A stretch of DNA of 53,955 bases, filler included, from an uncultured Acidimicrobiales bacterium (GCA_943788915.1; 3 parts of 3 records of this genome joined end to end with filler, not necessarily neighbours in it), one strand, 5' to 3'. Shown: positions 19,045-29,165, counted from the first letter of the whole stretch. Numbers and translations are program-made. The notes: a model not told the origin generated them from the sequence alone.

Positions 19045-20081
19045 TAGACACCCAAGATCGCGGCGGCGCGTTCTGCGCGGGATTCGACACCTTGTTTGTA
19101 TTCGTCGAGGTCGAGCTCTTCGTCTTGTTCGCCTTGTTGACCGTTGAGGTAACGGGCGTAGACACCTTCGGAGATACATGCCAGGCGCCACGAGGCCCAG
19201 CCTCGGTAGTAGTCGACCTGTTCGAGCGACACACCCATCTGGTCGGCGTAGAGCCCGGCCATTTCCTGCTGGCTAAGCCAACCGGGTGCAGCGGTAATCT
19301 CGGCGTCGCCCTTTTCTTCTTCGACGTTCTCGGGGTCATGCCAGTAACCGAGCAGGCCAGCCAGGTCAGCCATCGGGTCACCCAAAGTGCACAGCTCCCA
19401 GTCGAGCACGCCAGCTACCGGACCGGCAGGGTCCATCATGCAGTTGGACAGGCGGTAGTCGCCGTGGGCGATCGTGGTCGGTGCGTCGGTCGGGATGTTC
19501 GCCCGCAGGTAATCGGCCACCCGATCGATCACCGGGAGTTCCCGAGTCTTCGATTGTTCCCACTGGCCAGACCATCGTTTGATCTGGCGTTCGATGTAGC
19601 CGGTGCGTTTGGCCAGGTTACCTAAACCGACCTCGTCGATGTCGACGCGGTGCAACGTGCACAACGTGTTGATCAGTTCGTGGCACATACGAGTGCGGAT
19701 CTCGACGGGGATCGTCGCACCGATCTCAGCGTCGCGGACCACCACCCCATCCAGGTAATGCATCACGTAGAAGTCGCGCTCGTTCACGGCCTCGTCTTGG
19801 CATAGGCCAACCAAGCGAGGCACCGGCACATCGCTGTCCTGAAGCGCATGCATGAGCCGATGCTCACGAGCGACGTCGTGTGCACTCGGCAGCAGCGGCC
19901 CCATAGGAGGGCGGCGCAGCACAAACTTTCGGTCGGCCGCGTCGGTCACCGTGAACGTCATGTTCGAGCGGCCACCAGCGATCAGCCCGAAGTCCAACGG
20001 ACCAGTGATCTCGGTGTGTTCCTCGAACCATCGAGTCACATTCTCGCGATTGATACCGACGGGGGTGTTCTGCTCACTCAC
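19044..20081 (-). CDS. Phosphotransferase family protein (ACAD10/11 N-terminal / LvaA-like APH kinase)
   Basis: GGRSN.T, VLRRPP.G.LLPSAHDV.REHR, HGDYRL.N and VLDWEL.TLGDP.ADL motifs. Confidence 0.9.
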   Translation of the reverse strand: MSEQNTPVGINRENVTRWFEEHTEITGPLDFGLIAGGRSNMTFTVTDAADRKFVLRRPPMGPLLPSAHDVAREHRLMHALQDSDVPVPRLVGLCQDEAVNERDFYVMHYLDGVVVRDAEIGATIPVEIRTRMCHELINTLCTLHRVDIDEVGLGNLAKRTGYIERQIKRWSGQWEQSKTRELPVIDRVADYLRANIPTDAPTTIAHGDYRLSNCMMDPAGPVAGVLDWELCTLGDPMADLAGLLGYWHDPENVEEEKGDAEITAAPGWLSQQEMAGLYADQMGVSLEQVDYYRGWASWRLACISEGVYARYLNGQQGEQDEELDLDEYKQGVESRAERAAAILGV

Positions 20082-20209
20082 GCCGCCATTGTGGCACCAC
20101 CTAACAGCACGCCCGAAACTCGATTCCCCATAGATCGATGTCGCGTCGCGACCGACGACGTGAAACAGTCGGTGTCAGACACCGATTATTTCGCTACGAA
20201 AGGGAAACC

Positions 20210-21031
20210 ATGAACAAGCGAACACACGCCGAACGACGAGTATCGGCACTTGAGGTTCTCGATGGCTTCATGGCCGGGGCGTACGACGCCGAGAGATCGG
20301 CCTTGGCAATGCAACGGCGGCAGGGGGCGCTCGGCAGTTTCGCTATCGATATCGTGATGGGAGACGTCTGGTCCCGACCCCAGTTCTCACGCCGCGACCG
20401 CAGCCTGATCGTTATCAGCGTGCTCGCCGCAATCGGGAGCGACGACGAGCTTTCGTTACATACCCAGGTTGGCCTCAACCACGGCCTGACTCGCACCGAG
20501 ATCGAAGAAATTCTGCTCCACGTCGCGGCCTATGCCGGCTTCCCTATGGCTATGAAGGCGAGCCGGGTCATCGATGACCGGTTCTGCCAGATCGACCAGG
20601 TCGACCGTCTGCCTGAGCGCTCACCGAGCGCGTTCCGTGACGATCACGAGCGACGAGCTGCTGCGTGCGACGTTCGCCGCACCCTGACCGGTGGGCGATC
20701 GAACCCGGACCCTGATGAGGATTTTGCAGCGTTCATTGACCGGCTCGGCGAGGTTGGCCGGGTTGCCTACGAGTGGGCGTTCGGCGATGTGTGGTCGAGA
20801 GATGAGCTGAGTCGCCGCGATCGCAGCGTCATCGTACTCGCCATCCTGACAGCCCTCTCTCGTGTCGAGGAGCTGGCGTTCCACGTACCCGCCGGCTTGA
20901 ATCATGGCCTGAGCCGAACCGAAATCGAAGAGATTATGGTCCAGATGACCATCTACGGCGGTGTCCCTCGTGCCATCGAAGGCACGCTCGCCATGCAAGA
21001 GGCATTCGCCAAGATCGATGCCCGGGGGTAG
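20210..21031 (+). CDS. Carboxymuconolactone decarboxylase family protein (two tandem CMD domains, no CxxC)
   Basis: The motif GDVWSR..(F/L)SRRDRS.IV...L.A....EL..H...GLNHGL.R.EIEEI......Y.G.P occurs twice. RBS GAAAGGGA. Confidence 0.88.
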   Translation: MNKRTHAERRVSALEVLDGFMAGAYDAERSALAMQRRQGALGSFAIDIVMGDVWSRPQFSRRDRSLIVISVLAAIGSDDELSLHTQVGLNHGLTRTEIEEILLHVAAYAGFPMAMKASRVIDDRFCQIDQVDRLPERSPSAFRDDHERRAAACDVRRTLTGGRSNPDPDEDFAAFIDRLGEVGRVAYEWAFGDVWSRDELSRRDRSVIVLAILTALSRVEELAFHVPAGLNHGLSRTEIEEIMVQMTIYGGVPRAIEGTLAMQEAFAKIDARG

Positions 21032-21036
21032 CCCGG

Positions 21037-21165
21037 GTAGTCCGCCTTTCAGCTCGTTCCTCGCCGAAACGCTGTCCGAGCTCACTATTCCAAGATCCCC
21101 AAGACCTACCCGCTGACCAAAAGTCCGCCTTTCAGCTCGTTCCTCGCCGAAACGCTGTCCGAGCT
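21037..21165 (+). repeat. Two identical 44-bp direct repeats (21039-21082, 21122-21165) of the REP-like element, 39 bp apart
   Basis: AGTCCGCCTTTCAGCTCGTTCCTCGCCGAAACGCTGTCCGAGCT occurs twice, filling the gap between two convergent stop codons. Confidence 0.9.
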
Positions 21166-22585
21166 ACGACCTCGCCGATCCTGACACGTGCTCGTTCACG
21201 CTGTCCTTCGTGCGTGGGTAGAAGCCGTTGATCACCACAGCTGGGATCGCAGCGAAGAGTGCGAAGACGAAGAAGAAGCGATCGAAACGATCAAACGTAA
21301 TCGTGTCCGCATCACCAAGGATGGCAACCGCTACAGCCACGCCCATTCCTGATGCGAGATTACGGACGGTGTTGAAGCCAGCGTTGACCTCTCCGTACAT
21401 GGCCTCGGGTTGGCCATCGAGTGCTGCGGTGTTGAGTGACGAGAACGTCAACCCGAATCCGGTGCCGAACAAGATGATTCCTGGTAGGAAACCCGTCAGG
21501 TAGTTCGGTTCAGCGCCCCATCGCAGCGCCATCGTCAACATTGCAGCGATCGGGAAAAGCGTGCCAAAGGCAATGAGCGGTCGGCGGCCGAACCGATCCG
21601 CAAGGTAACCAGAGAGCAGCCCGAAGCTCGATGCACAAATTGGTGCTGGTGTGATTGCAAGACCTGCCTGCACCAACGAGTAGTCCCACACCTCGGTCAG
21701 GAAGAGCGGCCACACAACCCACGTCGATGCACCGAGCATCGAAAAGAACAGGCCTGCGACGGTCACTGTCCACACCGGTCGAGCCGAGAAAACCCGCAGG
21801 TCGAGCAGGGGTGCAGGATGACGAAGCGAACGCACCACGAACAGCGGCAACAAGCAGACGACGCCAACCAAGGCGGCAACAATCGCGACATGGCCCCAAC
21901 CGAGCCCAGGGGCCTGCACGATGACGAAGGCCACCAGCCCGATCGCGATCGTGCCCATGGGAAACCCGATGAGATCGAGCTTCTTCCCATCCACGATGGG
22001 CTCGGACTCCGAGAGCAACGTGCGTCCCCCGACCAACACCACAGCTGCCACCGGTACGGCGAGCAGATAGATATAGCGCCAGCCGAAGTTCTCAACGATC
22101 AATGCGGACAGGCTTGGTGCGATTGCCGCACCAACCGTGCCGCTTGCTGTCCATGCTGCAACAGCAGATGTCCGTCGCCCGGCGGGAAAACCTGGCAGCA
22201 CCAGTGCTAACGACGTAGGCACGGTCAACGAACCTCCAACGCCCTGCAGGATGCGTCCAGCAACAAACACGTTTGCTGTTGGCGCCACCAGACAAATGAG
22301 CGAAGCAGCCAAGAACAGCCACACGCCAGCGAAAAACATCCGCTTGCGTCCACGCCGGTCCGACAAACGACCTGCTGGCACCATAAACGTCGCGAGTGCG
22401 ATCGAGTAGCCAGACAACGCCCACGACAAGGTTGCCCGGCTAGTGCCCGAGAACTCGTCGGTGATCGCCGGAAACGCAATGTTCGTGCCCGTAAGGGTGA
22501 TGCTTATAACGGTGTAGGTCAGCGCCGCAAGCCCAAGGGCAAGCCAACTGCTCCGCGGGACGGCTTCGAGCTTCTGACCCTTCAA
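21164..22585 (-). CDS. MFS transporter (DHA2/EmrB-QacA-like, about 14 TM)
   Basis: G.LSDRRGRKRMF motif A, GR.LQG.GG, and ..H..PLLDLR.F..R signature. Confidence 0.9.
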   Translation of the reverse strand: MKGQKLEAVPRSSWLALGLAALTYTVISITLTGTNIAFPAITDEFSGTSRATLSWALSGYSIALATFMVPAGRLSDRRGRKRMFFAGVWLFLAASLICLVAPTANVFVAGRILQGVGGSLTVPTSLALVLPGFPAGRRTSAVAAWTASGTVGAAIAPSLSALIVENFGWRYIYLLAVPVAAVVLVGGRTLLSESEPIVDGKKLDLIGFPMGTIAIGLVAFVIVQAPGLGWGHVAIVAALVGVVCLLPLFVVRSLRHPAPLLDLRVFSARPVWTVTVAGLFFSMLGASTWVVWPLFLTEVWDYSLVQAGLAITPAPICASSFGLLSGYLADRFGRRPLIAFGTLFPIAAMLTMALRWGAEPNYLTGFLPGIILFGTGFGLTFSSLNTAALDGQPEAMYGEVNAGFNTVRNLASGMGVAVAVAILGDADTITFDRFDRFFFVFALFAAIPAVVINGFYPRTKDSVNEHVSGSARS

Positions 22586-22722
22586 CGGTGGCTGGTCGCG
22601 CCGCGGCCCAGGCGAGGAGTCATCCGCGGACCTTAGCCACAGGACCCGACGCCGATGTAGCCCACGACAGTGCTACCCAGACCAGACTTAGGTTTCTACC
22701 ACCGACCGACGCACCCGGCCGG

Positions 22723-24810
22723 TCAAGATATCGGCAGTACCACCTCGAACGAGGCGACGATCTCGTCGACGGCCGCCCAGTCACGATCGTCGACCACAAC
22801 GATCTCAACCAGGACCAAAAACGCTCCATCAGGAGGCGCGGCCACGATGACGAAGAAGTCGCTGCCTGCCACCCCGCAGTTTTCCCACAGGTCGGTATAA
22901 CCGATATACAGGCCGTCGTCATAGGGCGATCGTTCGACGTAGGTGCAGGATTCGCCGAATTGATGATCGTCGAGCATCTCCGTCGTTGACGCATACGGCA
23001 GTTCAGCGGATGCACCCATAAACACGCCAGGAGTAGCCCAGGCATCACGCCACCCGTCGTTGTCGGGCGACACAGTCAACCCTGGGCCGATCACGTCACC
23101 GTCGTCGTTGAAGTCCCATAGTCGACCATCGATATCGGACCACTCGGCCGGCACGCTGACGATGATGGCCTCGGTCTCGTCGGTCACCGCTACATAGTCG
23201 GAGTAAGTACGTGATCCATCGGTGCCTCCTCCGACGGTTCCTTCGAGCACAACCTCATAGCTGACGATCACCTCGTCGGCAGCTGACCAGTCTCGCTCGT
23301 CAACAATCACGATCTCGACCAGGATGAAGAACTCCCCGCTGGACGGTTCCGCTCCAACGACCAAGAAACTGCTTCCTTCGGGTCCGCAGTTCTCCCACAC
23401 ATCGAGCTCGCCGATATAGAGCCCATCGTCATACGGCTGACGCTCGACATAGTCGCAGGTACCGCTGAACTCTTTGTCGTCGAGTAGCTCACCGACCGAG
23501 GCGTAAGGGAGCTGGTCCGATGCCCCAATGAACACGCCGGGAGTGCCCCAGCCATCACGCCATGCAGTCACATCCGACGCCGCTAGGAACGATGGACCGA
23601 TCTCGACGCCGTCGGTCGTCCACGCTCCGCCATCGGTGTCGGCCCACTCCGTCGGAATCCTCAGTAGGATGCGATCGGAATCGTCGGTGATTTGCAGGTA
23701 GTCGTCGTAGTCGGGGGCATCTTCGTCGGCAAAGTTCCCGGAACCCGCAGAAGTGACCTCGAGTGGCTCTCCATTGAGCCGGCCTTCGAGCAATTCGTCC
23801 GTCGACGGGCGGTACACCTCGATGGCGATCGGATCGTTGACTTGGCGACTGCGCAAAACATCGCAATAGTCCGACATGGTGCCATCAGCCGCCATCGGCA
23901 GGCTCGCGGCTTGCGTGATGAGGTCACCGGCCTCGAGACCGACAAGGTCTGCGGGTGACCCCGACGCCACCGAGTACACCCAGATGCCCGTGACACCGTC
24001 ACCGGACACCGCTTCGCCGTTGATTCCTACCGAATCGACGTCGATGCCGTTGCGGAGCTGGTCGATGACTGGCCGGGCGACCTCTCGCCCGATGGCGAAG
24101 GATTGACCAACATCGTTGCCGGCATAATTCACGGCAACGACCCGACCCTGATCAGAAACGATAGGACCACCACTGTTGCCGGGAGCGTGTCAGCGCTGTG
24201 TTCGATGACCGCATCAACCGAGGCCCACGACGACTCGCCATCGGCATTCTCCTTGGACACGATGCCGTCGAGGAGCGTGTATTCGGCATCGCCCAGCGGG
24301 AAACCAGCGGCGAAGATCGACATGCCCGCAGCGATTGGGCCGTCATGCCACTCGAGATAGTCGAAACCGTCACCTTCGATATCGATCACGGCAAGGTCCG
24401 AGCACTCTGAGACGCCAAGCAGGCGAGCGTTCCGGGGCTGTTGCTCACCATCGATGAGGACTTCGAGGACCGCCGCGCCGGTGACCACGTGATTGTTGGT
24501 CACGACTAGACCCGACTCATCGATGATGAATCCCGTGCCGCTGCCCACCACGTTCGACTGCAACCCAGCTGCCGGGTCGATGAAGGTTCCAGTCGCGTTG
24601 ATCTGCACAACCGCGGCACGAACCCCGTCGACAGAGTTCACCGCGCCGCTTGGGACCGGCGGCAGAGTCACAGAGTTCACCGCGCCGCTTGGGACCGGCG
24701 GCAGAGTCACAGAGTTCACCGCGCCGCTTGGGACCGGCGGCAGAGTCGGCGAGGGCGTGGCCTCGACTGATGCGACCACGGATGGACCTGCAGCTGGAGT
24801 GGCAGTCCCC
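22723..24810 (-). CDS. Trypsin-like (S1C/HtrA-type) serine protease with a PDZ domain and two tandem C-terminal ~150-aa repeats; 5' end lost in the gap; 1-nt deletion frameshift at about 24180
   Basis: GTGFII...VTNNHVV (His), SDLAVI (Asp), and TLP|GNSGGP (Ser; restored by adding one base). PDZ-like VASGSPA..VGL.AGDLI. Confidence 0.85.
24631..24747. repeat. Perfect 39-bp tandem repeat x3 (TLPPVPSGAVNSV) in the protease N-terminal linker
   Basis: ACAGAGTTCACCGCGCCGCTTGGGACCGGCGGCAGAGTC at 24631, 24670 and 24709. Confidence 0.95.
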
Positions 24811-24910
24811 NNNNNNNNNNNNNNNNNNNNNNNNNNNNNNNNNNNNNNNNNNNNTTAATTAATTAANNNNNNNNNNNNNNNNNNNNNNNNNNNNNNNNNN
24901 NNNNNNNNNN
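24811..24910. other. Assembly gap / artificial contig linker
   Basis: 100 nt made of N runs flanking TTAATTAATTAA, which has stops in all six frames. Confidence 0.98.
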
Positions 24911-25141
24911 GAGCCAATAGTTAAGCGGCAACGGGGTGTAAGGGTATTCTGAATGCTCGGTTCATCTGGCGACGACCCGTTTGGTCCATCAATCGCCCCG
25001 CCGCCATCGGCCACATTGACTGACTTCGCCGAGAACGGCGCGGGAGGCAATGGGTTGACGGCAACCGCGATTCAGGGTTAGCGGTCAACACCGATTTCAG
25101 GCACCTCGAACCTAAGCCAATACCGCACCATTGGCGGCGAC

Positions 25142-26764
25142 GTGCCTGGTGTCTTCGGCGGCACGCTCGACGAGCGGACATGCGACGTCGACAAGTTGGT
25201 GCGTTTCCTTGAGTCCGATGCCGACAAGGCTCGAGCCTGGTCAACGGTTCTCGGCATGGATACATCCAACATCAAGACGTACGCCGCCACCCTCACCGCC
25301 GCGAACCTCGCGGCCGACACCCGGGTACTCGAACATGGATTCGCAGCCGGCGAGCTCGTACCTCGCGAGACCGTGTTGCAACGAGGATCTGCGGTGCTTG
25401 TTGATGCCCGAGGGGTACCTCGCGTCGACTGTTACTCGGGCAATCCGTTGCGGAACCCCACGATTCAGACCGACGAAACCTTTGTTGGGACTCCGTGGCC
25501 AGACTTCAACGAATCAACCGTTGTTATCGTCGAGCCTGCCGCTGTCGACGTGACCGAGTTTGTGCTGGTCGATGTCGCCGACGGCAACGAATTCGTGCGG
25601 CCGACCGGTTCCACCGGCGAAGCCGACCTCACTGCAAACTCGGCCACCGACAGCGTCGAGGAAACGACCGAACCCGCGGCCCCGAGCCCCACGGCTAGTC
25701 CGGCACCAATCACCCGCGAGTTGAACATGGTGGGCCTCGTCGACGTGAACTCGCCCGTCAGTGCCGAGATCAGCGGCGACGACAACGAACTCATCTTTGA
25801 GTTCGACGCTTCACCCCGCGCCATGCTGCAACTTGCGGTAACCAACAATCGAGCAAGCGTCGGCGGGGTCAGCATCGATCTGCGTCGCGACGGACAACGT
25901 CTCGACTTCTTTCGGGTGCCCGCAGGGGCTTCTGAGTCGGTGAACCTCACACTCGACCACGAAAGCGGTGGGCGGTACGAAGTCATCGTGACCGATGGAC
26001 CCGCAGCATTCGACTTCGTCATTTCGTGCGAGATCCAGGACGATGCTGGCCAGGGCAGAGACGCGGGAGCCGACTTTGCAGACGCGCTCGAGATCGAAAG
26101 CGGGAGCCAAGTAGCTGGTCACCTTGCCGGTCTCGACCTGGCCGACACCTATGTGCTCGACCTGCAAGGTGCACCAGCGCTGGTGATGACCGCCCAAGCC
26201 AATCGCGAGTCGGGGCGCGCCGGGTTCGAACTCGAGATGGTCGGTGAGAGGATCGAGTTCTTTCGGGTGAACCCGGCCGACGAAGTTATCTATGAGTTGC
26301 TGTTCGGCCCCGACGACGATGGACTGCTGGAAATCTATGTAACCAAGGCTCCAGCAAAGTATGAGTTCGTTATCGACCTCGTACCCCAGGACGACGGTGG
26401 TAGTGGCGGTGATGCACCTGCCGAGTTGGCCGACGCACTACGGGTCGAAGCTGACGGCGGGATCAGTGGCGAGGTCGGCCAGCGCGACGCGGCCGACTAT
26501 TACTTGTTCGATGCACCTAGCGACGACTTCACGTTGTCGGTCGACGTGGCGCCCGACGTGGCGCCCGACGCCGATTCCCGAGTGGGAGTTGACCTACTCG
26601 ACGCCAACGGGAATCGGGTCGACTTCTTCCGAGTGCAACCGGGTGCCTCTGGATCCATCACGGTGAACAGACCGGACACCACAGGGCAGACCTACCGGCT
26701 TATCTTCACCGAAGGTCGAGGCAAGTACTCGGCGTTGATCGAAACGGTTTCGATCGACTCGTGA
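25142..26764 (+). CDS. DUF6777-domain protein with three C-terminal PPC-like acidic beta-sandwich repeats; true start probably upstream in low-quality contig-end sequence
   Basis: PGVFGGT....CD..KL..FL.....KARAW..VLG....I..Y...LT...L.ADTRV..HGF.....P...VLQRG.AVLVD..GVPRV.C.SGNPL, a Pro/Thr linker, and repeated QDD.G.G.DA / R.(D/E)FFRV motifs. Confidence 0.7.
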   Translation: MPGVFGGTLDERTCDVDKLVRFLESDADKARAWSTVLGMDTSNIKTYAATLTAANLAADTRVLEHGFAAGELVPRETVLQRGSAVLVDARGVPRVDCYSGNPLRNPTIQTDETFVGTPWPDFNESTVVIVEPAAVDVTEFVLVDVADGNEFVRPTGSTGEADLTANSATDSVEETTEPAAPSPTASPAPITRELNMVGLVDVNSPVSAEISGDDNELIFEFDASPRAMLQLAVTNNRASVGGVSIDLRRDGQRLDFFRVPAGASESVNLTLDHESGGRYEVIVTDGPAAFDFVISCEIQDDAGQGRDAGADFADALEIESGSQVAGHLAGLDLADTYVLDLQGAPALVMTAQANRESGRAGFELEMVGERIEFFRVNPADEVIYELLFGPDDDGLLEIYVTKAPAKYEFVIDLVPQDDGGSGGDAPAELADALRVEADGGISGEVGQRDAADYYLFDAPSDDFTLSVDVAPDVAPDADSRVGVDLLDANGNRVDFFRVQPGASGSITVNRPDTTGQTYRLIFTEGRGKYSALIETVSIDS

Positions 26765-28218
26765 CATCCTCGGATCAGGAACTGCTGCAACAGGTCCTTC
26801 CTCGTTATGACATTCGAGCCGAAATCGGGCGCGGTGGCTGGGGTGTGGTCTACGAAGGATGGCATCGCGATCTGAAACGCCCCGTGGCCATCAAACAACT
26901 CCCACATCAGCTCGGCAGCGATCCATCGGTACGCGATCGTTTCATCGCCGAAGCACAGCGGGTGGCCAGCCTCGAACATCCACACATCGTGCCCGTGTAC
27001 GACTTCGCCGAACGCGACGGGCTTTACGTGATTGTTATGGAGCTGGCGAGCGGCGGGACCGTCTGGCAGCGATTCAGCAACCAGGGTATGGCTGCAGAGG
27101 AGGCCGTGGGCACCGTGCTGGCAGCGACTGCCGGTCTCCATCATGCGCACAGCCGGGGGCTGCTTCACCGGGATGTGAAACCCGACAATATGCTCTACAG
27201 CGCGTCGGGCACGGTAAAGATCGCCGACTTCGGTATCGCAAAATCGATGAACGGCACCCAGGCCGGTCGGCCAGCTACCGAAGGTGTCATTGGTACACCG
27301 GCCTACATGGCACCCGAACAGGTCACCGGTGAACCATTGTCGGCGGCAACCGATGTGTACGCGCTGGCGTCGGTTCTGTACGAGTTGTTATCGGGGCATC
27401 TGCCGTTCGCTGCGGACGCCGACGCGATCGCGCTGTTGTTCAAGCGGGTTCACGAACCACCACGACCGTTGCAGACGATGGCGCCCACCGTCTCACCAGC
27501 GATCGCGTCGGTCGTCGACCGAGCATTACAGCGTGACCCTTCCAACCGGCCGGCCGACGCCGAGCAGTTTGCTGTCGAGTTGGCAACTGCCGCGACCCAG
27601 TCCTTCGGCGCCGGGTGGCTTGAGCGATCCGCAATCACCGTCATGGGCTCGACCGCAGTAATCGCCGCGACCGAACGAACGTCGAGGGGCGGCTATTCCG
27701 GAGACTGCCCGTCGGCTACCGTCGTGATCCACCCCGACGAAACCGCCCGGCTGCGGCTCGGTGGTGTCCCGTCGAACCAGCCCAGTCCCGTCCCCGCGCA
27801 GAACACCGTGGCGTCAGGTGCCGTAAACCCAAGTGACTTAGCGCCAGCGGATTCGGCTCCGGTGGCGACGAAGTCCACGGCGATACGTCGATGGATACTC
27901 AGCGCGGGAGCTGCGACCGCAACGGCAGCGATCATCGTAACCTTCGTAGTGTTTGGCGGCAGCGACGGCAGTGACCAAAATCAGCAGCCTGGCGAAGAAA
28001 CGTCAGCGGTAAACGCGGTTGAGCGGGCCGCGTTCGTCGACCAGTGCGAAGTCGGTGGTGTGGCGTCCGAGCGATGTGTGTGTGCAGTCGACCGAGGAAT
28101 CGATCAACTCGATGCCGAGTTGTTCCGGACCGGGCTCGCAGTAATGCTCGACGATGGCCTGACCCTGGTGCCCGAGTTCACCGAACTGTTCAATGCATGC
28201 ATAGCCGACGGCTTCTGA
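26761..28218 (+). CDS. Hanks-type Ser/Thr protein kinase with one TM helix and a small Cys-containing extracellular domain
   Basis: IGRGGWG.VY, VAIK, LLHRDVKPDN, KIADFGIA, GTPAYMAPEQ and DVYAL motifs; hydrophobic WILSAGAATATAAIIVTFVVF. GTGA overlap with the DUF6777 gene. Confidence 0.95.
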   Translation: MTSSDQELLQQVLPRYDIRAEIGRGGWGVVYEGWHRDLKRPVAIKQLPHQLGSDPSVRDRFIAEAQRVASLEHPHIVPVYDFAERDGLYVIVMELASGGTVWQRFSNQGMAAEEAVGTVLAATAGLHHAHSRGLLHRDVKPDNMLYSASGTVKIADFGIAKSMNGTQAGRPATEGVIGTPAYMAPEQVTGEPLSAATDVYALASVLYELLSGHLPFAADADAIALLFKRVHEPPRPLQTMAPTVSPAIASVVDRALQRDPSNRPADAEQFAVELATAATQSFGAGWLERSAITVMGSTAVIAATERTSRGGYSGDCPSATVVIHPDETARLRLGGVPSNQPSPVPAQNTVASGAVNPSDLAPADSAPVATKSTAIRRWILSAGAATATAAIIVTFVVFGGSDGSDQNQQPGEETSAVNAVERAAFVDQCEVGGVASERCVCAVDRGIDQLDAELFRTGLAVMLDDGLTLVPEFTELFNACIADGF

Positions 28219-28290
28219 GCTGACCCGGGGTGACGTCGCAACGTTCGGCTCCAGGTGATCTCCCTTTCATTTTGCCTCGAAAAATCGCTA

Positions 28291-28326
28291 CAGGCCCCGA
28301 CCTCGCAGATGCGAAATCGGGGCCTG
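28291..28326. terminator. Hairpin between convergent genes
   Basis: CAGGCCCCGA and TCGGGGCCTG form a perfect 10-bp inverted repeat, with an inner TCGC/GCGA pairing. Confidence 0.65.
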
Positions 28327-28426
28327 GGTAGGAGGTAGAGCGCCTAGGCCGGCCTGCAACAGTCCGCCGGGAGGGGATCGGCAGTCAGCCCTGAAGTCAG
28401 CCGAGGTCGCTACGTAACAGCGCTGG

Positions 28427-28969
28427 TTATGCAGCTGGTGCTTCGCCGCCGCCTCGAGGACCACGAGGACCTCGGGGGCCACGAGGACCACGTTCACCAT
28501 CGCCACGTTCACCCGGTGTTGCGTTGACACGTTCGGTCACCCGTTCGGCCAGACCTGCGATGCGTTCGTTCGCTTCTTCCTGGGTCAGGTCACCAGCGGC
28601 AACATGTTCCTGGATGTGTGCGGTCTTGGACGCAACGATTGCGTCGACCACCGTCTCGATGGCCACACCCTGATCGGCAGCAACGTCAGCGATACTCTGG
28701 CCGGCTTCGCGGGCTGCCTGCAGCACATCTTCATCTACACCAAGCGAGTCGGTGAGAACAGCGAGGTGTTCCGCACGGCGTTCGGCCCGGTTCTCCTGCC
28801 GTTCGGCGCGGCGGGCTTCGCGTTCTTCTTGCGTTGGCGCATCTTGTGTCACATCTTGAGCATCGGCGATGTTCGGTAGGGCAACAGTGGCTCCCAGAGC
28901 GGTGAGACCAATAAGGCCTGCGGCGATTGCCTTCTTCATCCGCTGGCTCGTGGCTTGTGACATCTTCAT
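28427..28969 (-). CDS. Secreted helical hypothetical protein with a Gly-Pro-Arg repeat tail
   Basis: Signal-peptide-like KKAIAAGLIGLTALGATVALPNIADA, then G.SIA.VA..QGV and V.AG.LTQEEA motifs, and a GPRGPRGPRG C-terminus. Start could also be 28963 or 28939. Confidence 0.8.
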   Translation of the reverse strand: MKMSQATSQRMKKAIAAGLIGLTALGATVALPNIADAQDVTQDAPTQEEREARRAERQENRAERRAEHLAVLTDSLGVDEDVLQAAREAGQSIADVAADQGVAIETVVDAIVASKTAHIQEHVAAGDLTQEEANERIAGLAERVTERVNATPGERGDGERGPRGPRGPRGPRGGGEAPAA

Positions 28970-29165
28970 TTTGTCTATCCATTCTCCGGCTCGTGGCCGG
29001 TGTTCCTTGGGTACAAAGACAATGGTGCCGACCGAAAAATAAGCATCTGTATGGCATGTGTAAGAGTTTCGGAAAATCGGGTAAGGACTTTCTTACCCGG
29101 TCCTGGCCCTATGTCGCAGGAAACGATGAGGGCTGGCGGACACCCAAACGCATAGGGTGGAGCTA

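Noticed and set aside
21039..21165. Two identical 44-bp repeats with a 39-bp spacer, as a mini-CRISPR array
   Set aside because: There are only two units, no cas genes and no leader. A diverged solo copy lies at 10836-10873, and the GTAG-plus-hairpin form at gene 3' ends fits a REP element better
24811..24910. TTAATTAATTAA palindrome inside N runs (also 38708-38807)
   Set aside because: Artificial contig linker with six-frame stops. ORFs crossing it are invalid, and adjacency across it is unproven
24953..25141. In-frame TAG at 25079 upstream of the DUF6777 ORF, as stop read-through
   Set aside because: It is within 170 nt of a contig end, and another frame reads plausibly across it. Compensating indel errors are the simpler explanation
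28330..28425. GC-rich intergenic stretch as SRP RNA or another ncRNA
   Set aside because: It lacks the SRP GGAA-loop consensus (CAGG..CGGAAG..AGCAG) and forms only weak hairpins
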